Shown in pieces: positions 61,688 to 64,000 of a stretch of DNA of 64,000 nucleotides (the first letter of the stretch is position 1; each line of letters starts with the position of its first letter). The notes under the pieces were generated by a model, which was not told the origin of the DNA, did not search any database, and worked only from the letters and a program-made list of their open reading frames with translations. Made by a program: the position numbers and the translations under genes. Source of the DNA: Magallana gigas (taxonomy: Eukaryota); NCBI RefSeq assembly GCF_963853765.1, contig NC_088856.1, positions 31,186,001 through 31,250,000 of the forward strand, written 5' to 3'.

Positions 61688-62416
61688 TTTGCAGCCATGT
61701 TGGTTGTACACTATAAATATAACACCTGGATGAATCAGTCCGAGAATGTTTTTGGAGACTGTTACAGGAAACAAACATATTTTTTTGAAGCCTAAAAGAA
61801 AATTTGATGTACTGATTTTTGTGACTTAGTAATGGAACTTGTTTGGAGAAATTTTTGTTACACTGTTGAACATTTGATATGATGTAGTGAAATTTCAACT
61901 CAAGATGGAGGATATTCCAATTGGATTTATATTATTTCATTCTCCTTATGACTACTCGGAAACATGCTCTTTTTGCTCAGATTTTGACATGGATGTTTTG
62001 GAAATATATATACATGGATTATGTTGTTTAACTTTTTTAAAAGTACCAGGGAAAGAGCCAATGCATTTAAAACAATGAGATTTTAAGTTTTGAAGTTTTT
62101 TATCCAAGAATTGAGTGATAGACATGTGACAGGTTTGAGGAAATGTATAAAGGATTCTAGAAACAACTATTAATGGACTGAAGCTTTAGAGGTGAAGAAA
62201 AAGGAAATGTTTGCAGCCATGTTGGTTGTACACTATAAATATAACACCTGGATGAATCAGTCCGAGAATGTTTTTGGGGACTGTTACAGGAAACAAACAT
62301 ATTTTTTTAAGCCTAAAAGAAAATTTGATGTACTGATTTTTGTGACTTAGTAATGGAACTTGTTTGGAGAAATTTTTGTTACACTGTTGAACATTTGATA
62401 TGATGTAGTGAAATTT
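61688..62416 (+). repeat. A-B-A structure: ~208-bp direct repeat flanking a copy of 47181-47325 + 47473-47646
   Basis: A1 61688-61895 and A2 62210-62416 are nearly identical. The insert matches the 47.2-47.6 kb region with about 150 bp missing. Confidence 0.9.
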
Positions 62417-63168
62417 AGTGCAACTTGGGATTTTTTTTAGTCACATTAACCAAAGGCTAATGTAAGCTTTTCTAATCACAAAGTATCCAGCATCTGTCTG
62501 TCACTTTTTTTCTTAATTTCAGATATTGTAGATTCAGGTTTTTTCATATTATGACCCCCTGAGTTAGGTCACAACAAGGGTCCAAGTTTAATGCAGTAAT
62601 AAATAGGAAATATCTTAAAAGTCTTCTCAAGAATAGCAAAGCTATTGTTAGCCATATTAATTTTTAAAATGTAAAATCTTTTCAAGGAATAGCAAAACAT
62701 AATTCAAAGCATCTGTATTTAGTGAAGTTTTATTTTGAAAAAATCTTTAAAAAGTCTTTCTCAACAACAACAAATTCATAATAAGCAATATATATAATTG
62801 AATTATTCTTTGAAATGTGCATTAAAGTTTGTTCAAATTTTGACCCCCTGGAGTGGGGAGAAGTTGATATAAGATTTATGTTGGGAAATAACCTAGAATG
62901 ACCATTTTTGTCTGGTTAGTGTCATGGCCAATTGGCTCTTTTGTTAATATAGCCAAAAGTTTCAAACAGACATGTATGACACTATACAGGTATGATCAGA
63001 AAAAGAGAAAAAAACATTGGCAAATCCGAATTTTAAATGTATGTACATATATCTTGAAATACATTTACTCTCATTTTGTAGTATATGAAATACTGATTTG
63101 GTTGGATTTGTATGTTGAACATTGAAGAGTTAATCAATTTCAATTTATGACTGAAAAAGTTAAAAATG

Positions 63169-63169
<1 letters not shown>

Positions 63170-63242
<73 letters not shown>
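63170..63242. repeat. (AT)n microsatellite
   Basis: About 36 perfect AT units. Confidence 0.98.
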
Positions 63243-63250
<8 letters not shown>

Positions 63251-64000
63251 CAGACAACAACATGTTCCTAGAAAAAAAAAATCGCTAGAATTTGTAATTG
63301 AAGTAGGCCCCTATTGCTACTTGAACAAGTTTTATCACCTAAAATTGGGATACCTTACCAGGAGTATGGGCAAGACACCAGAGGGTGATATTTCTTAAAT
63401 AATCCTTATATAATCCCCATGATTAATCCCTTGAATCGCTTATCTCAAAAATTTTTAAACATTGAAAACAATTTAGAAATCACTGAAGAATGACAATTAT
63501 GAATAATTATTGATATTATACCATATATTTGAGGAACATGCTGTCTGTCCTTAAGTCCTCTAAGCTATGGTCTTAGGGCCTGGATTTAAGTTTTTAAGAT
63601 AACAAAGATTATGTATTTTATTTTGTTTTAAGAAAGATTATGTAATTTTAGTCTTGGTATATTTGTTTTAAAAAGAAAATTTGTAATCTTACTTTGTTGC
63701 AACAAGCACTGTCAAATAAAGTATATAATTTGTTGAAACATTTGATTTCATCGCATTACCATGGGAGGAAGGAGAACGGGTTTTAATTATTCTTGTAATA
63801 GAAAGGATACATTTAATTTTCCTTAGATAATCACCCCATCACCAAAGTGAGAACGTCTTGAACATGTTTACTTTTAAGAAATATATATATATTTAAGCTG
63901 ATGCAAAATATTTTCTGAAATGATGATCATCTATCTTGGAATGTCAGTGTTTGCTAAAACACACTATTACCATATTTACTTCCTATAATAAGATTTTTGG

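Noticed and set aside
61896-62213. Possible processed (retro) copy of the 47.2-47.6 kb region
   Set aside because: The deleted segment does not match the intron boundaries and there is no poly(A) tail.
63033-63398. ORFs with (YI)n runs on both strands
   Set aside because: Translation of the (AT)n microsatellite.

Overview
AT-rich, intron-containing eukaryotic DNA with two assembly gaps. It looks like a bivalve, probably an oyster; this is inferred from the 166-bp satellite inside a Helentron-type element and the RING-less B-box/NHL genes. Host genes: three single-coding-exon B-box/coiled-coil/NHL (TRIM-like) paralogs (3168-4814 -, 12061-13725 -, 44436-46100 +) and two 2-exon, Cys-rich caveolins (28944-29671 +, 36748-37669 +). 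TRIM copies 2 and 3 sit in a ~3-kb inverted duplication that brackets the caveolins. Most of the rest is transposon-derived: a Helitron with a nested hAT/BED fragment, Helentron-type HINEs with internal satellites, an ISL2EU-like element (SWIM-YqaJ nuclease plus THAP-DDE transposase), a CCC...GGG EnSpm/CMC-like element with a spliced accessory gene, Kolobok-like and TA-flanked MITEs, and several hairpin or palindromic mini-elements. The most notable result is largely invisible in the ORF track: a hand-assembled 11-exon gene (51584-60087 +) encoding an NLS, a PWWP-like motif, the C-terminal half of a tyrosine recombinase and a Myb/SANT-like tail. It lies near hairpin elements that could be its non-autonomous partners. 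All alignments, counts and splice models were done by eye; no searches were run.
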